From: Epithemia pelagica | Taxonomy: Eukaryota; Protista; Bacillariophyta | DNA: 64,000 bases | Assembly (NCBI GenBank): GCA_946965045.2 | Contig: OX337229.1 | Coordinates: 4,340,001 to 4,404,000 of the forward strand | Direction of reading: 5' to 3' | Part shown: positions 48,219-60,600 of the stretch, piece by piece | How positions within the stretch are numbered: position 1 is the first letter of the stretch | Layout: each line of letters begins with the position of its first letter | Made by a program: the position numbers and the translations under genes | Notes under the pieces: model-generated | Databases searched by the model: none | Seen by the model: only the letters and a program-made list of their open reading frames with translations | Told to the model about the DNA's origin: nothing

Positions 48219-49838
48219 ATGCGTGCTCTCCTAAACACAACTATTCGCAATAGACGACGAGGGTGTCCTCGAAAATCTACATGGAGACAGTCGCTTGGTT
48301 CGAATTGGAGGACGACTCTTTGTCCCATGATTGGCATTCAAGTCTTTTCGACATGGTCGGATGCCGGTCAACGAGCCCAAGAGTTGGCCGCGGCACGACG
48401 CCAAGAGCAAGAATCAGCGCAATCTAGCACTACCATGGACACGTCCTTAGCTCATGCTGGAGTCGTGACAGACACTGTCCAATTTCCGACCAATACGGCA
48501 CTGTCACCGCCCTTGCATGTGTCTTCGACGTACACACGTCCGGCCAACGGAACGTATGAATCGGATCATGCCATTTATGCTCGGGCAGACAATCCCACTC
48601 GAGGATTGTTGGAACGTGAAATGAGTCGATTAGAATGCCATGGAAGGGATCTGCTTGATGACGAGCATCCAGCACAATCCTGTGCGTTTGCCTCGGGGAT
48701 GATGGCCATTTCGGCCATTCTCATGGCCCATGCCACACCCTTGGTTGTTCTTCTCCCACACGATGTCTACCACGGTGTTCCGACTGTATTGGACACTGTC
48801 TTTGATCGATTTGGGCAAGTCACGAAACGCGTCTACAATGCTACGGCACCAAATACCTCGGTCGACAATCCTCAAACGAATCATGATACAGGTAGCCCTC
48901 CTCATGATGCGCCGTCACCACCACCCTGCGTGGAACAAGTGTTGGCGGAAGCACTGCAAACCGATCCGAATGTCCATGTTCTGGTATGGATTGAAACTCC
49001 CTCCAATCCATTAACGCTCGTCACAGACATTGCCGATTTATGTCAACGAGTCCGAAACTTTACACACTTTAGGGAGGAGAGCACTCCTCCCCAACAACCA
49101 AACAACATAAGCATTGTCGTGGACTCCACCTTGGCTCCACCACCCATTCAGCAACCCTTGTTGTTGGGTGCCGATGCCGTAGTACATTCCGCCACCAAAT
49201 ACTTGGCCGGACATTCCGATGTGACGGCCGGTATTGTCACCACCAGTCCGCGGACCAGCGCGGGACAAGGTTTGGGAGCACAATTGAAACAAGTCCAAGT
49301 CAGTGTTGGAGGTGTCATTTCTCCCTGGGATGCCTGGTTGACCTTACGGGGGATGCGAACCTTGACTGTCCGTCTGGAAGCACAATGTCGCAATGCCATG
49401 GCCATGGCAACCTTTTGTGAAAAGCAGCAACAGCTCGGCCGTGGTGGAGGACAATATATTGCCGCCGTTCATTATCCTGGCTTGACCAGCCATACCCAAC
49501 ATGACGTGGCGAAGCGGCAACAGGGCGTCGGTCGATCCCCAAACAATTCAGTATGGTACGGTGGTATTTTTAGTTTGGAACTATCGAGTGAAGCAGCGGC
49601 CTTTGCCATGGCTGGTGCCTTGCAAATTATTACACGGGCCACGAGTTTGGGTGGAACGGAATCCTTGGTGGAACATCGGGCCAGTATCGAGCCAGCGGAA
49701 AGACGAACCAGTCCACCGGGATTGTTGCGATTTAGTGCTGGGTTGGAGCATGTCGACGATTTGATTCAGGATGTGCAACAAGCCCTGTCCATTGTCGAAA
49801 CCGTCATGAAAGAGCAAGTGAAAAATCATGAACAGTAA
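48219..49838 (+). CDS. PLP-dependent Cys/Met metabolism enzyme (cystathionine gamma-synthase / beta- or gamma-lyase family)
   Basis: FASGMMAI, WIETPSNP, VVDST, HSATKYLAGHSDV (PLP lysine), SLGGTESL, LRFSAGLEH. Confidence 0.92.
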   Translation: MRALLNTTIRNRRRGCPRKSTWRQSLGSNWRTTLCPMIGIQVFSTWSDAGQRAQELAAARRQEQESAQSSTTMDTSLAHAGVVTDTVQFPTNTALSPPLHVSSTYTRPANGTYESDHAIYARADNPTRGLLEREMSRLECHGRDLLDDEHPAQSCAFASGMMAISAILMAHATPLVVLLPHDVYHGVPTVLDTVFDRFGQVTKRVYNATAPNTSVDNPQTNHDTGSPPHDAPSPPPCVEQVLAEALQTDPNVHVLVWIETPSNPLTLVTDIADLCQRVRNFTHFREESTPPQQPNNISIVVDSTLAPPPIQQPLLLGADAVVHSATKYLAGHSDVTAGIVTTSPRTSAGQGLGAQLKQVQVSVGGVISPWDAWLTLRGMRTLTVRLEAQCRNAMAMATFCEKQQQLGRGGGQYIAAVHYPGLTSHTQHDVAKRQQGVGRSPNNSVWYGGIFSLELSSEAAAFAMAGALQIITRATSLGGTESLVEHRASIEPAERRTSPPGLLRFSAGLEHVDDLIQDVQQALSIVETVMKEQVKNHEQ

Positions 49839-50091
49839 AACTTGCGGTCGCCTATCACCTCAACAGTGGACTTATTGAAACAATGCTGAGCTGCACAGTG
49901 GGTTCATGGAAGCGAGTCATTCTTGCAACTAGCACAACGTACACGTCGGTGTCGCCAGTTTCGACTCCCTTCACGCAGTGAACACAAAAGGCAAAATCAA
50001 GTTCTATATTTTGAGATAAAGTACGAAAAAGTACCGGACGGTCGATACAGGTTAAGACAGAGTCGATTTACAGAGTCGATTTCTATTCATA

Positions 50092-50571
50092 TCATTCCAA
50101 AAAAGCTTGAACAAAAAGTGGATATCCAATGACCATCAAAACAACATAGGAGGGTAGAGTACTTGCCAGTACCCACAGACCACCTTTCCGAAACAAAAAT
50201 GGATACAAACTGCGAAAGAAAATATACCAGAGCGATTGTTGGAACGAAACTTGAGGATTGATGAAAAGAGCATGCATCCACAAGAGGGGTAAAAAGACCA
50301 AGGCCCATTCTCGAAAATTGCCAGTGGTTCGGTCTCCCCAAAGCGCCAAGAAATCACGACTGTTGTAATATTTGACACTCCTGTACGGAATCCTGGTCGT
50401 AGTCGATCCATCCTTGGCTTGTTTGTCCTTGGCTTCTCGCTTCTTTTGTGCCAAAAGCTTGAATGTGTTGTAGGACTGAAAACATTGAAAGACAGTGTAC
50501 AAACTCAAATAGAGCAGCGTACCCGCCAAGGCGCCTTTCAAATCGGTCGGTGTAGGAAATTCATCCAACAT
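50092..50571 (-). CDS. MAPEG family membrane protein
   Basis: 159 aa with about four hydrophobic segments, DRTTGNFREW (R-x3-N-x2-E pattern) and YIFFRSLYP. Confidence 0.72.
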   Translation of the reverse strand: MLDEFPTPTDLKGALAGTLLYLSLYTVFQCFQSYNTFKLLAQKKREAKDKQAKDGSTTTRIPYRSVKYYNSRDFLALWGDRTTGNFREWALVFLPLLWMHALFINPQVSFQQSLWYIFFRSLYPFLFRKGGLWVLASTLPSYVVLMVIGYPLFVQAFLE

Positions 50572-51557
50572 GATCCACGATTTCTGTTAAAAAGCCGGAC
50601 GGCGCTTCTTCGTGAGGGATGATGCGACGACGATGTGATAGCTTTGCCTTAGGGACAGCAAAGGTGGCAGTTGACGGTGGGAGCAATTTATGCGACGACG
50701 ACAACTTCATTGGCATGACACAGGGACCAGAAGACTCGAAAGATTTTTACGTTACGTTTTTTTGTTCGAATGCGCGACTGGCTCGATGAGGTGACGTGGT
50801 GACAGGTTAGCTGAATGGGTAATTCATCATAGAATAGAGCAAATCGTAGATAGGAGTAAGGTCATGATGCTTCTTCTATGTTCCTTCAAAACATTTTCCA
50901 ACCTGTGACAACGTCAAGAAAAGTCGTCAAAGGAGCGCAACAAGAAATAGATACGATACTTTTTGTGGTGGGTTCATGGGAATCACTCCCGTCGATTGAC
51001 GGATGGTTTGACCTTCGAAAGTTTTCTCTACTACACCTCTTTCTCAAGGCCGTGACTTGTGTTTAGGCCGGTAGACTTGGTGGATGGTGGACGGTGTTGA
51101 GGATAGGATAGCCCATCGCAGTCACAGGAATAACTCTCTAGGAAGATAGACGCTACTTGTGCTACGTTATCGGCCTAAGTTAGAAAATGGGACATGGGCG
51201 GAATAGCATGAGAGATGCCATCTATACCCCTTCTACCGGTACGAGTCACTTTTAGATTAAGAGGTGGATGATGCTTCGCCGATCTTTTTCTCGAGTCTTC
51301 TCGGCAGTCAAGAAAGGATTTGTAGTAGAGGCGAATTCAGTAAGCAGTCTATGTAGTATCGTCTATTCTCCATTTTGCGATCAAGGGTGCGTAGTGTGGA
51401 AGGGGAAGCGTACATACTTTTACGATAACAGTGAGAAACGCTCTAGGACTTCGATGCACTTCAGAACATGAACATGGAAAGTATTCTAAATTCACCCAGG
51501 AACTTCGCCAAACCTTCATTCCCAAACCGTACATTCTTGAGCCGTTGAAAATCATTC

Positions 51558-54500
51558 TTAGGGATTGAGGGAAATATTATCAAACGCATCCAAAGGAGGT
51601 TGCGCTTGTCCCATAAGGTCCAAACTCTTACGGACAATAGCTTCCCCCCACTCCAAAGATCCCAAGCCATTGGGATGCAACTCGTCTGGCATTAGTGTGC
51701 GGTTGATCATGTCGGTATCAAGGGACGACAAAAAGAAGTTAGTCGCGTTGAAAAATTCAGTTTGAGGCTTGCTTGAAGCATAACAGGCCAACCGATCATT
51801 GACATCAATGGTCGCTTGCCACCAATAGTAATGAGCATTGGAACGCGGTAAAATCGAGTGAAGAACAACGGTCGTTTGCGGGTGCACATGATGAATGTAG
51901 TTGGCCATGTGAAAGATACCGGCCGTAACGGCATCCACCGAACAGTGGGCATACAAATCATTGGTGCCTACCAGTATCCACACTTGGGCAGGATGAAAGG
52001 TATTGAAAATTGGAGGCAGTTCTCCATGTTGCAGGCGATACAACAGTTGAGGACATTGATCACCACCAATGCCCAATGCCATACCACGAATGTACGAGTC
52101 ACTGCTACGAAACAATTGATTGTAGACGGCGAAGTTTCCCATCCACTTCTCGTTCTGATTCCCGAGATCGGTACCCAACCAATGCTCGACAATGGAATCT
52201 CCAATGAGGACCATATCTAGTGACTTGCTTGTGTCTAGGGACGAAGCCTCTTCTACAGCCAAGAGATTCTTGTTGCGTTCAAAGGCCTGCGTCCAAAGAG
52301 CACCGATACCAGAGTCTCCACGAGACAAGGTTACGAACGGGTTGTGGCATTCACAATTTGGCTTATCGCACCAGGCACCGGGGTTCTGGGCAAAGGTTTG
52401 CTGTTGAACAACAATCCAGTCCTCCCACCCTTGTCCCTTTGTATACTTATTTGTACACATATGATCGTCGACGTGTGGGTCAAGAACGATGGGTAAGGTA
52501 TCACCATCACTGTTAGCAACCTCGGGTTGGTGCTTCAGAGAATCGACAGATAGATTTTCTTGATCGGTATCGGTAGGATGATCAACTGCATCTACAGTTT
52601 GTGATCGTGCCGAAATTTCCAAACTCTTGTCAACAATGGCTTGACCCCATAACATTGATGCTTCAGCGTTGGGATGTAAACCGTCCACGTACAAGGATTC
52701 GTCGACACTCCCCTCTTGATTGGACATGAACAGCTTCGTTACATCCAAAAAGTCTGCCCAGGCTTGACTGTCCGCAAAACAAGTCAAGCGACGATTGATC
52801 TCGGGAATGGGTTGACCGAAGTAGCCTCCTCGTGGAAGAATCGAATGCAAGACCACAACAGCATCGGGATGTCCTTGATGAATGTACTGGGCAATGTGAA
52901 GAATACCGGCTGTAATGGCATTCACGGAACACTCATCGTATACATCACTGGTTCCCACCAAAATCCATATTTGCGACGGATGAATGGCCGACTCTGTGGA
53001 GTTTGATGGCGGAAGTTCTCCATTCTCAAGTCGATACAAGAGTTGGGGACATCGATCTCCTCCAATCCCTAGTGTCAAGCCGTGAACCTTCGAGTCCGAA
53101 CCACGAAACAATTTCTGGTACCATTCATGATTTTCTCTCCACGAATCACCCTCAATCCCCAGATCTGTGCCCAACCAATGTTCGACAATAGAGTCTCCCA
53201 AAAACACGAAATCCAGTGAGGAATCCAGTGAGGACGATGCGGTATTTTTTGATTCCTCTTGTACCAAATGTTGATTGCGAACAAATGCGTCTTGCCACAG
53301 CTCACTCACTCCCGAATCGTCCCCCACCCGTGAGAGGGGAACAAGCGGATTGCGACAATTGCAATTTGGTTCGCTTTCGCTACAGACAGATTTAGGATGA
53401 TTGGCGAATTCTTCTTGTTGGTGTGTCAACCATTGCTCCCACCCCAATTCGTGGGTAAATTCGTCAGTACAGGTCCGTGTTGTTGATCCGCCATTGTTAC
53501 TCGTACCATTGTCCTCGGGTTGTTCCATCTGCGAACTGGGAGCAATCGGCTTTTTATCGTGGTCACTGCTTTCATCCCCTGTAAAACTTGAGGGCGAATG
53601 GATGATAGTAGACAAAATGTCGTCATATACATGGTCGGGAGGTTGTGGTTTGCCCAAGAGTGTCAAGCTCTTGCGTACCATGGATTGGCCCCAATACAAT
53701 GATCCCAACCCATTGGGAAATCCTTGATTGTTGAACAAGGTCATGTTCAGTTGATTGGGATCGTCCTGTGATAGGAAAATGCTCGTGGCATTGAAAAATT
53801 CCACCTGTTCGTTTGATTTGGTTCCCGCATAACATTCTAGCAAACGATTGACGTGATACGCCCGTTCCCACCAATCAGAAGAGGTAGCTACGAATGAATC
53901 CTCTCCCCGTGGAAGAATGGAATGCAAGATCACAACCGATTGAGGATGTGCTTGTTGAATGACTTGGGCGACATTAACAATGGCCGCAGCCACTGATTCC
54001 GTCGAACACTGGTTCTGGATCAGATCATTGGTACCAATGACGATCCACCACAAGGCTGGATCCATACTACCATTCTTACTTGTGTCATCATGAACCAGTT
54101 TGTCATGTTGTTGCAATCGATACAAGAGGTGAGGACAGGCATCTCCGGCAATGCCCAAAGCCAATCCACGAATCAAGGCGTTGTTTTCATCACGAAACAA
54201 TTGGTGATAGACTGCCTGGTTTTCCATCCACGTATCCTCGTCGGTTCGGATCAAATGAGTTCCCACCCAATGTTCCACCAAATCATCTCCCATCAAGACC
54301 ATTTCCAGAGGTTCTTGTAGCTGTTGTTCTTCTTTTTGCTCTTGTTGGTGTGCCAGGACAAGGTTTTGATTGCGTTCCAAGGCCAACTTCCAGCGAACTC
54401 TACTATCGTCTGTACGGGCCATGGGAACAAAGGGATTGGGGCACATACACTCTTTGTCCCCCTCACACCAGTGAGACAATCCTTGTTGATATTCCATCCA

Positions 54501-57182
54501 TTGATTCCACAACGTTTCATCAACATCATCGTCTTGACTGGATCGTTGCTTGGGACACATGGTTTCCAATGAAACGTGCATGTCGTTTGTTTCTTCCTCT
54601 GGAGAAGAGACATTGGTAGGACATTTTCCCAAACGTTCGCAACTCTTGTTCACAATGGCTTGACCCCACAATCTCGATGCTTCTCCATTGGGATGCAACC
54701 CATCAGGGTACATGGATTGATTGACAGGACTGCTTCGGTTGTGATTGGACATGAAGAGATCCGTTACATCCAAAAAGTCTGTCCAGACATGATACTGCTC
54801 GGCAAAACAAGACAAGCGGCGATTGATATCAAAGATGGGTTGTCGGAAATACCCTTCTCGTGGAAGAATGGAATGCAAGACCACAACAGCAGCGGGATGT
54901 CCTTGATGAATGTACTGGGCCATGTGAAGAATACCGGCTGTAATGGCATTCACGGAACATCTATCGTACAAGTCGTTTGTACCCACCAAAATCCATATTT
55001 GCGACGGATGAATGGGCGACTCAGTGGCGTTAGGAGGAGGAAGTTCACCATTCTCAAGTCGATACAAGAGTTGGGGACATCGATCTCCCCCAATCCCCAA
55101 CATCAAGCCATGAACCCGGGAGTCTGAGTGACGAAACAGTGTTTGGTACCATTCGTTATTTTCTTTCCACAGTTCCCGTTTCTTGGCCAAATCGGTGCCC
55201 AACCAATGTTCGACAATGGAGTCTCCCAAAAACACAAAATCCAGTGAGGACGATGCGGTGATTTTGGATTCCTGTTGGACCAAGTGCTGATTGCGAACAA
55301 AGGTTTCTTGCCATAGCGGACCTATTCGGGAATTTTCTCCCACCCGTGACAATGGAACAAATGGATTGCGACAATTGCAATTGGGTTTCGTATCGCTGCA
55401 GACGGATTGAGGATGAGTAGCAAATTCATCTTGCTGGTGTGTCAACCACGCTTCCCATCCCAGTCCATTGGTAAACTCGTCCGTACATGTTCTCGTAGTC
55501 GGTGTAGGCGTTGGTTCCTCCGTGGACTGGGTCGTTTCTGTGGCATCCATGGTAGAAATGGAGTCTGGGAATGTCGTCAGGGGAGAAGGAGAGGACGTGG
55601 CGCTGGAGGTTGTGATGGTGGTAGGAGCATCTTCCGGACTTGTCTCGAGAAGTGGTAACGAGGATGGTGATTCCGCCGCTGGAGATGACAAGGGTGGGGA
55701 TGGTGGTTGTTGAACAAGATGCAGCAATTCCTGGTGCCACGCCTCCCATTCGGTGGATGGAATGGAGGGTCGTTGCAAAATTTGCCACGAATGTTGATAC
55801 AAGGCCAAGCCCCATTCCACTGCACCAACGGCATTGGGATGACTGGGATGTTGGGGAAAAAACAAGGACGCATTCACAATCTTCTTCTTCTTGATGTCAT
55901 GGTGGTGTGTTTCAAAAATGGACGAGGCCGAAAAGAATTGGACATGGACATTGCTGCTTGTCGTGTTGGCATTGTACCGAGCATAATTCCGCGCCAAACA
56001 ATCCAAGGCTTGATGCAATTCGTGGGTAGCCTCTACATCGCCTGGATCTGGATTCGACTGCGCCGTGGGCAAGAGAGAATGAATGACAATGGTCATGGGA
56101 CGAGCACCCCCAATCTTGTTGTTGTTGTTGTTGTGGTTGCTGTTTTGACAGGAGTGTGCCACCGTGTCAATCAAATGAGCCATGCCCGCGACTACAGTAT
56201 CGACACGACAATTTTGCGTGAGCAAATCAGCCCGTCCCACGAGGAACCACCAAACAGGAGGACAGATCCATTGGGGTGGCAATTCTTGGGTCGGTTGCAT
56301 CCGATACAAGACTTGTGCCAATCCATCGCCATCAATGCCCAAGGCCAAACCTCGCAATGGAGGATTGTTGTTGTTGTTGTTGTTGGAGGGAGCATCTGGT
56401 GTTGCTGGAGCTTGAAAGAGTGCTTGAAAGAGTGAGGCTTGTGGTTGGTAGAGGGACTGCGCATGTCCATGATCGGTTCCCAACCAATGTTCCACATGAG
56501 CATCTCCGACCAGGACGACATCGACGGTCTGATTCTTGTGTTGTTGATCGGACAAGGCCGATTGAATCAATCGTTGATTCCGTTGCAAAGCCTTGGTCCA
56601 CAAGTCATGTCCGGGACGACCCATGGGTTGATAGGGATTGGGACAGGTACAAGACGATGATGATGTTGATGATGACGAACGACATTGGAGATATTCCGTC
56701 GGAGGTTCGTCATAATGATGAGGACGACGATTGTCTTCGTTGGAAGGATCCAATTGTTGGTCCAATGTGGCTTTCCAGGTGGACCATCCCATGCCGTGCG
56801 TCCAGTGTCGTGTACAGGCCTGATTGCTTTGGTTGTCAAACGATTTGTTGGTTTGGCTACCATGACGGGACCGCATCCACATTCCCAGCAAAAACAAGAG
56901 ACCAAGGATAGGAATCAAACGTTTCCAAAGAAAGGATTGGTCGGCCGCAAATCGTCGTCGATGGGAACGAACCCAACCATCATCATCCTCGTCACCAATG
57001 CGTTTGCCATGTCTTCCTTCCGACGACGACACCAAGGGCAACATGGCTTCTTCTTCGTCCACCTCATCTTCATTGTCGGCGCCATTGCTATTATTGGTTA
57101 GATTCAAGGATTGAGGAGAATCTTCGTCATCTGGATGAGCATCTTCTTCTTCCTTGGAGGTTTCCAGTTCCATGGGCAGCAT
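51558..57182 (-). CDS. Type II membrane protein with five tandem SGNH/GDSL hydrolase domains (PAF-acetylhydrolase Ib alpha-like)
   Basis: One N-terminal TM (LIPILGLLFLLGMWM) and five repeats of GDx-xVEHWxG / LGIxGD / GTND / DxxHPN, each preceded by a Cys-rich module. Confidence 0.9.
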   Translation of the reverse strand: MLPMELETSKEEEDAHPDDEDSPQSLNLTNNSNGADNEDEVDEEEAMLPLVSSSEGRHGKRIGDEDDDGWVRSHRRRFAADQSFLWKRLIPILGLLFLLGMWMRSRHGSQTNKSFDNQSNQACTRHWTHGMGWSTWKATLDQQLDPSNEDNRRPHHYDEPPTEYLQCRSSSSTSSSSCTCPNPYQPMGRPGHDLWTKALQRNQRLIQSALSDQQHKNQTVDVVLVGDAHVEHWLGTDHGHAQSLYQPQASLFQALFQAPATPDAPSNNNNNNNPPLRGLALGIDGDGLAQVLYRMQPTQELPPQWICPPVWWFLVGRADLLTQNCRVDTVVAGMAHLIDTVAHSCQNSNHNNNNNKIGGARPMTIVIHSLLPTAQSNPDPGDVEATHELHQALDCLARNYARYNANTTSSNVHVQFFSASSIFETHHHDIKKKKIVNASLFFPQHPSHPNAVGAVEWGLALYQHSWQILQRPSIPSTEWEAWHQELLHLVQQPPSPPLSSPAAESPSSLPLLETSPEDAPTTITTSSATSSPSPLTTFPDSISTMDATETTQSTEEPTPTPTTRTCTDEFTNGLGWEAWLTHQQDEFATHPQSVCSDTKPNCNCRNPFVPLSRVGENSRIGPLWQETFVRNQHLVQQESKITASSSLDFVFLGDSIVEHWLGTDLAKKRELWKENNEWYQTLFRHSDSRVHGLMLGIGGDRCPQLLYRLENGELPPPNATESPIHPSQIWILVGTNDLYDRCSVNAITAGILHMAQYIHQGHPAAVVVLHSILPREGYFRQPIFDINRRLSCFAEQYHVWTDFLDVTDLFMSNHNRSSPVNQSMYPDGLHPNGEASRLWGQAIVNKSCERLGKCPTNVSSPEEETNDMHVSLETMCPKQRSSQDDDVDETLWNQWMEYQQGLSHWCEGDKECMCPNPFVPMARTDDSRVRWKLALERNQNLVLAHQQEQKEEQQLQEPLEMVLMGDDLVEHWVGTHLIRTDEDTWMENQAVYHQLFRDENNALIRGLALGIAGDACPHLLYRLQQHDKLVHDDTSKNGSMDPALWWIVIGTNDLIQNQCSTESVAAAIVNVAQVIQQAHPQSVVILHSILPRGEDSFVATSSDWWERAYHVNRLLECYAGTKSNEQVEFFNATSIFLSQDDPNQLNMTLFNNQGFPNGLGSLYWGQSMVRKSLTLLGKPQPPDHVYDDILSTIIHSPSSFTGDESSDHDKKPIAPSSQMEQPEDNGTSNNGGSTTRTCTDEFTHELGWEQWLTHQQEEFANHPKSVCSESEPNCNCRNPLVPLSRVGDDSGVSELWQDAFVRNQHLVQEESKNTASSSLDSSLDFVFLGDSIVEHWLGTDLGIEGDSWRENHEWYQKLFRGSDSKVHGLTLGIGGDRCPQLLYRLENGELPPSNSTESAIHPSQIWILVGTSDVYDECSVNAITAGILHIAQYIHQGHPDAVVVLHSILPRGGYFGQPIPEINRRLTCFADSQAWADFLDVTKLFMSNQEGSVDESLYVDGLHPNAEASMLWGQAIVDKSLEISARSQTVDAVDHPTDTDQENLSVDSLKHQPEVANSDGDTLPIVLDPHVDDHMCTNKYTKGQGWEDWIVVQQQTFAQNPGAWCDKPNCECHNPFVTLSRGDSGIGALWTQAFERNKNLLAVEEASSLDTSKSLDMVLIGDSIVEHWLGTDLGNQNEKWMGNFAVYNQLFRSSDSYIRGMALGIGGDQCPQLLYRLQHGELPPIFNTFHPAQVWILVGTNDLYAHCSVDAVTAGIFHMANYIHHVHPQTTVVLHSILPRSNAHYYWWQATIDVNDRLACYASSKPQTEFFNATNFFLSSLDTDMINRTLMPDELHPNGLGSLEWGEAIVRKSLDLMGQAQPPLDAFDNISLNP

Positions 57183-57669
57183 GATGAACGGGGTTTTGGT
57201 CTATCGTCTTTCAAGGTGGTGGTACTCCGTCTCGCGTCGGTCCGTAAGTTCCGGAGCCAATAAGCCGATTCTTTCACTACACCTCTTGATGTTCTCTTGG
57301 TCTTATGCTTCTTCCCGACAAGGATCCTTATGATTGTTTGTTGCTTTGATAAGATTCCTTTTTCTTGGGAGGAACCCGGAACAAACGAGGTGACTGTCTC
57401 GCGCGAAACCCTGTGGCGCTGGCGCGGGCGTCGTTAAATCATGAAAGCGAATGTCACGTCCGACATGCCTGCGTGTGGTCGCAGAACGTTTGCATGACAC
57501 CCGGCCAAAGACAGCAATGAAGACCAAAGTCAAAGACAAAGAACGATGAATTCAATCTGAAAGAAGAGAAGAAGAGGAAATCAGTCTAGAATCGCATCCC
57601 ATTCAAAACAACAAGAAAAAGAAAGACGACGACAACCAGAAAAGAACGGAGAGAGAGAGAGAGCCACCA

Positions 57670-60600
57670 ATGACGACTGCTGTGCCGCCACCCGTGGCCG
57701 CGTCCTCGACGACACCCGCTGCTGCTGCAACCGTCACTTCCACGGCATCGCCGTCCTCCTCGGGGCAGCAACAGCAGCAGCCCTTTCGTCCTCCTCCCTA
57801 TATGGATGCACCCATGGCACCTCCACCATCCACCACAGACGTTCCACCTCCATCCTTCTCCATTCCTCCTCATCCCATGGAACGAGTCTTGTTCAATTTG
57901 CATCGTCAAGTCTGTACCTTTGTCTTGCGACATTCCAGTCCTCGTGTACGCAATTGGATCGAACGAGCCTTGTTGTTTGTGGCCGTTTGTGGATTTGGAG
58001 CACTCTTGCTCGCTCATGTTCATTTTGTTCACAAGGCACCCTCCACTACTACGAGTCATGGTAGCAGCGCTGCCACGGCCAGCCACACCACCGCAACGGC
58101 CCCACAGTCGTCGTCGTCGTCGTCATCGTCTTCCTGGTTGGACAGTCCCCGTCATTGCTTTTGGCACATTCCTGGATTTCAACCCCATGCACATGTCACA
58201 CATGTCTACATTGTCTATGACGAAACCCCGCCAGCAGAGGGTGACAACATGCACCACCATTCGGACAACAACCAGCAGCCGCAACACACCACGACGGAAC
58301 CAGCCGAAGGACCACGTCGACGAAAACCAGGACACAGTTGGGCCTATACGACAACAACGACAACAACAACAACATCAGCAGCAAGCACCAAACCAACAAC
58401 ACCCTTGTCACAACAACCTTGTCCACCGTGTGCCACCAGCTCACAAGATACCATGGCCTCGTCGTCGTCATCATCATCATCCTTGCCAATCACAAATACC
58501 AGTCACCCCGTCGTCCAACAGACATGCAGCGCAGCGGTATCCTCCAAGGATAGTCGCAGCCACGATTGCCCAGGGGACGACGGAGAGAATCTGCATCAAC
58601 CACCAAACAACAACAACAACAACCATACTCCTCCTTCGGAAAAGGACCCTTTGATTCTCCCCACGTGTACAACCACCACAAGTTTGTCGAACGATTCCAC
58701 CACACAAGACACTTCTTCGTCGTCATCATCGTCTTATTCTTCCACAAAAGGATCGTCGTCCCCTCCACCACCACCGGCCATCTTGTCCTATCAATTGTCC
58801 TATTCTCGTATCCAAGGATACTTGTGGTTGGCGGCCTTGTCCTCGGACCATGCTCCCATGGAAGGATTTTCCGTCCAACATGTCTTGGTATCACAGCACG
58901 ATGCTCATTGTTTTGGAGAACCCTTTCTGCAACGATTGATTTTTCAATGGATGGGACCCGAAACGGTTATTTGGAATTGGTGTTTGGCCTTTCATGATGC
59001 CTTGACACGACGAGAGCCATTTTCGAGTACTACTGGCAGTCGTCCTCCCTGGTTGCTGGTCGACCGGGACAACGATCCACACAACCACGAGTATTGGTCC
59101 TCGCCTGGTTATGTGTACAATCCTCATACGCAAGCCATTGTCGAATTGAGACCCTTTGCGACGCACAATCAACATCCTTCCACCACAGGAAATGGTGCAA
59201 GCAATGGACGACGAAACCATTTGGTCTTGTCTCCTCAACCACCCACTACCACACCCTATTCCTACGACCATGGTCCAATGGATGATACACAACAATACCC
59301 ACCCCTCGAACAACGACCTTCACCATCCAACAAGCATGGTGAAAGTGCGGCCTATTCTTCCACAAGCCACAAGAGGACGTCGTCGTCATCATCACCACGT
59401 CAACCCCCGGAATATGTGTACACATCCACGACCGCCACCTCGTCGTCGTCGTATGTGCAAGCCATGGCCTTTTTGGCTGGTTCCAAATTATCAATGGTCT
59501 TGAAAACATGCTTCTTGTACTTTATTACCACCACTTTGGTATCCTTTACCTTGCGAGAGACACAAGAACGCATGTTGGATTTTACCCAACACTTACAGGC
59601 TCATGTCCGCAATCGTCGGTCCGTCGTGTCCCTTGTCACACGACATTTGGTGGACAATCTCGTCTTTGTTCCCATTATGGTGGGTATGATTTTCTTTTTG
59701 ATTGAATTTTATGGGGGAGACAAACTGTTGGCGTTTGGTATTTTGACCTTGGTGTGGTTTGTCGAAGTCTTTAATGTCATTGCCGTTCGGACGTACTCCA
59801 GTCTCCAATTCTTCCCCAAGATTGTGTTCTTGCTGTTTGCTCTCTGGCATTTTTATATCTTTTCCTTCCCCTATGGATTTTCCTATACCGCCTTGGCGGC
59901 GACGGTTTGCTTCATGTTGCATTCCATGGTCTTTTTCTGGCATCGCTTTGAATTGCCCGCCATTGTCATGGGACAAGTCACTTTGCAAACACCCCGCATG
60001 TACTATCAACCTTATCCACAGCAACCACAACAGTATTATGGACCATATTCGGACTATCCGTCAACCATGCCTGCCGCACAGGCTCCTCACAATCCCATGA
60101 TGCAAAATCATAACAACAACAACAATCCCTTTCCTCCTCCTCTGTATGGAGGTGGAGGATCCACACAGGGGCATCGTCCTCCGTACCAGTCACCACTCCC
60201 ACCAGATGCCTTTTATCATGCGTCGTACACACAACCGCCCTTTGTGGAAGGCACTGCAACCGATACGAGGGGGCCATCACCACAACCATCTATACGATAC
60301 CACCATTCCAACAACAACAATAACAACAACATTCCAATCCATCGACAGTCACCCATCATGCTCCAACACTCCCACCACCAACACAATGTTTCCCCTCTTC
60401 AATCACCACTCATGGGACATGCACAGCAACATGGACAGCAACCAGGATCGTTCGCCACACCTCCAGCGACGGCAGCAGCAGCAACAACAGCATCGACCAA
60501 TGCTTCGCAACAACAACCGCTGGCGTCTTCGGTTCCGGCCACAGGTTTGCATGCCTTGCAACGACGAGATTCCGTTTCTCCTCCTCTCTTACTGGTTCAT

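Noticed and set aside
50880-51540. TE-remnant-like sequence with a short resemblance to the start of repeat B (CCGGTAGACTTGG)
   Set aside because: The match is about 12 bp and does not extend.
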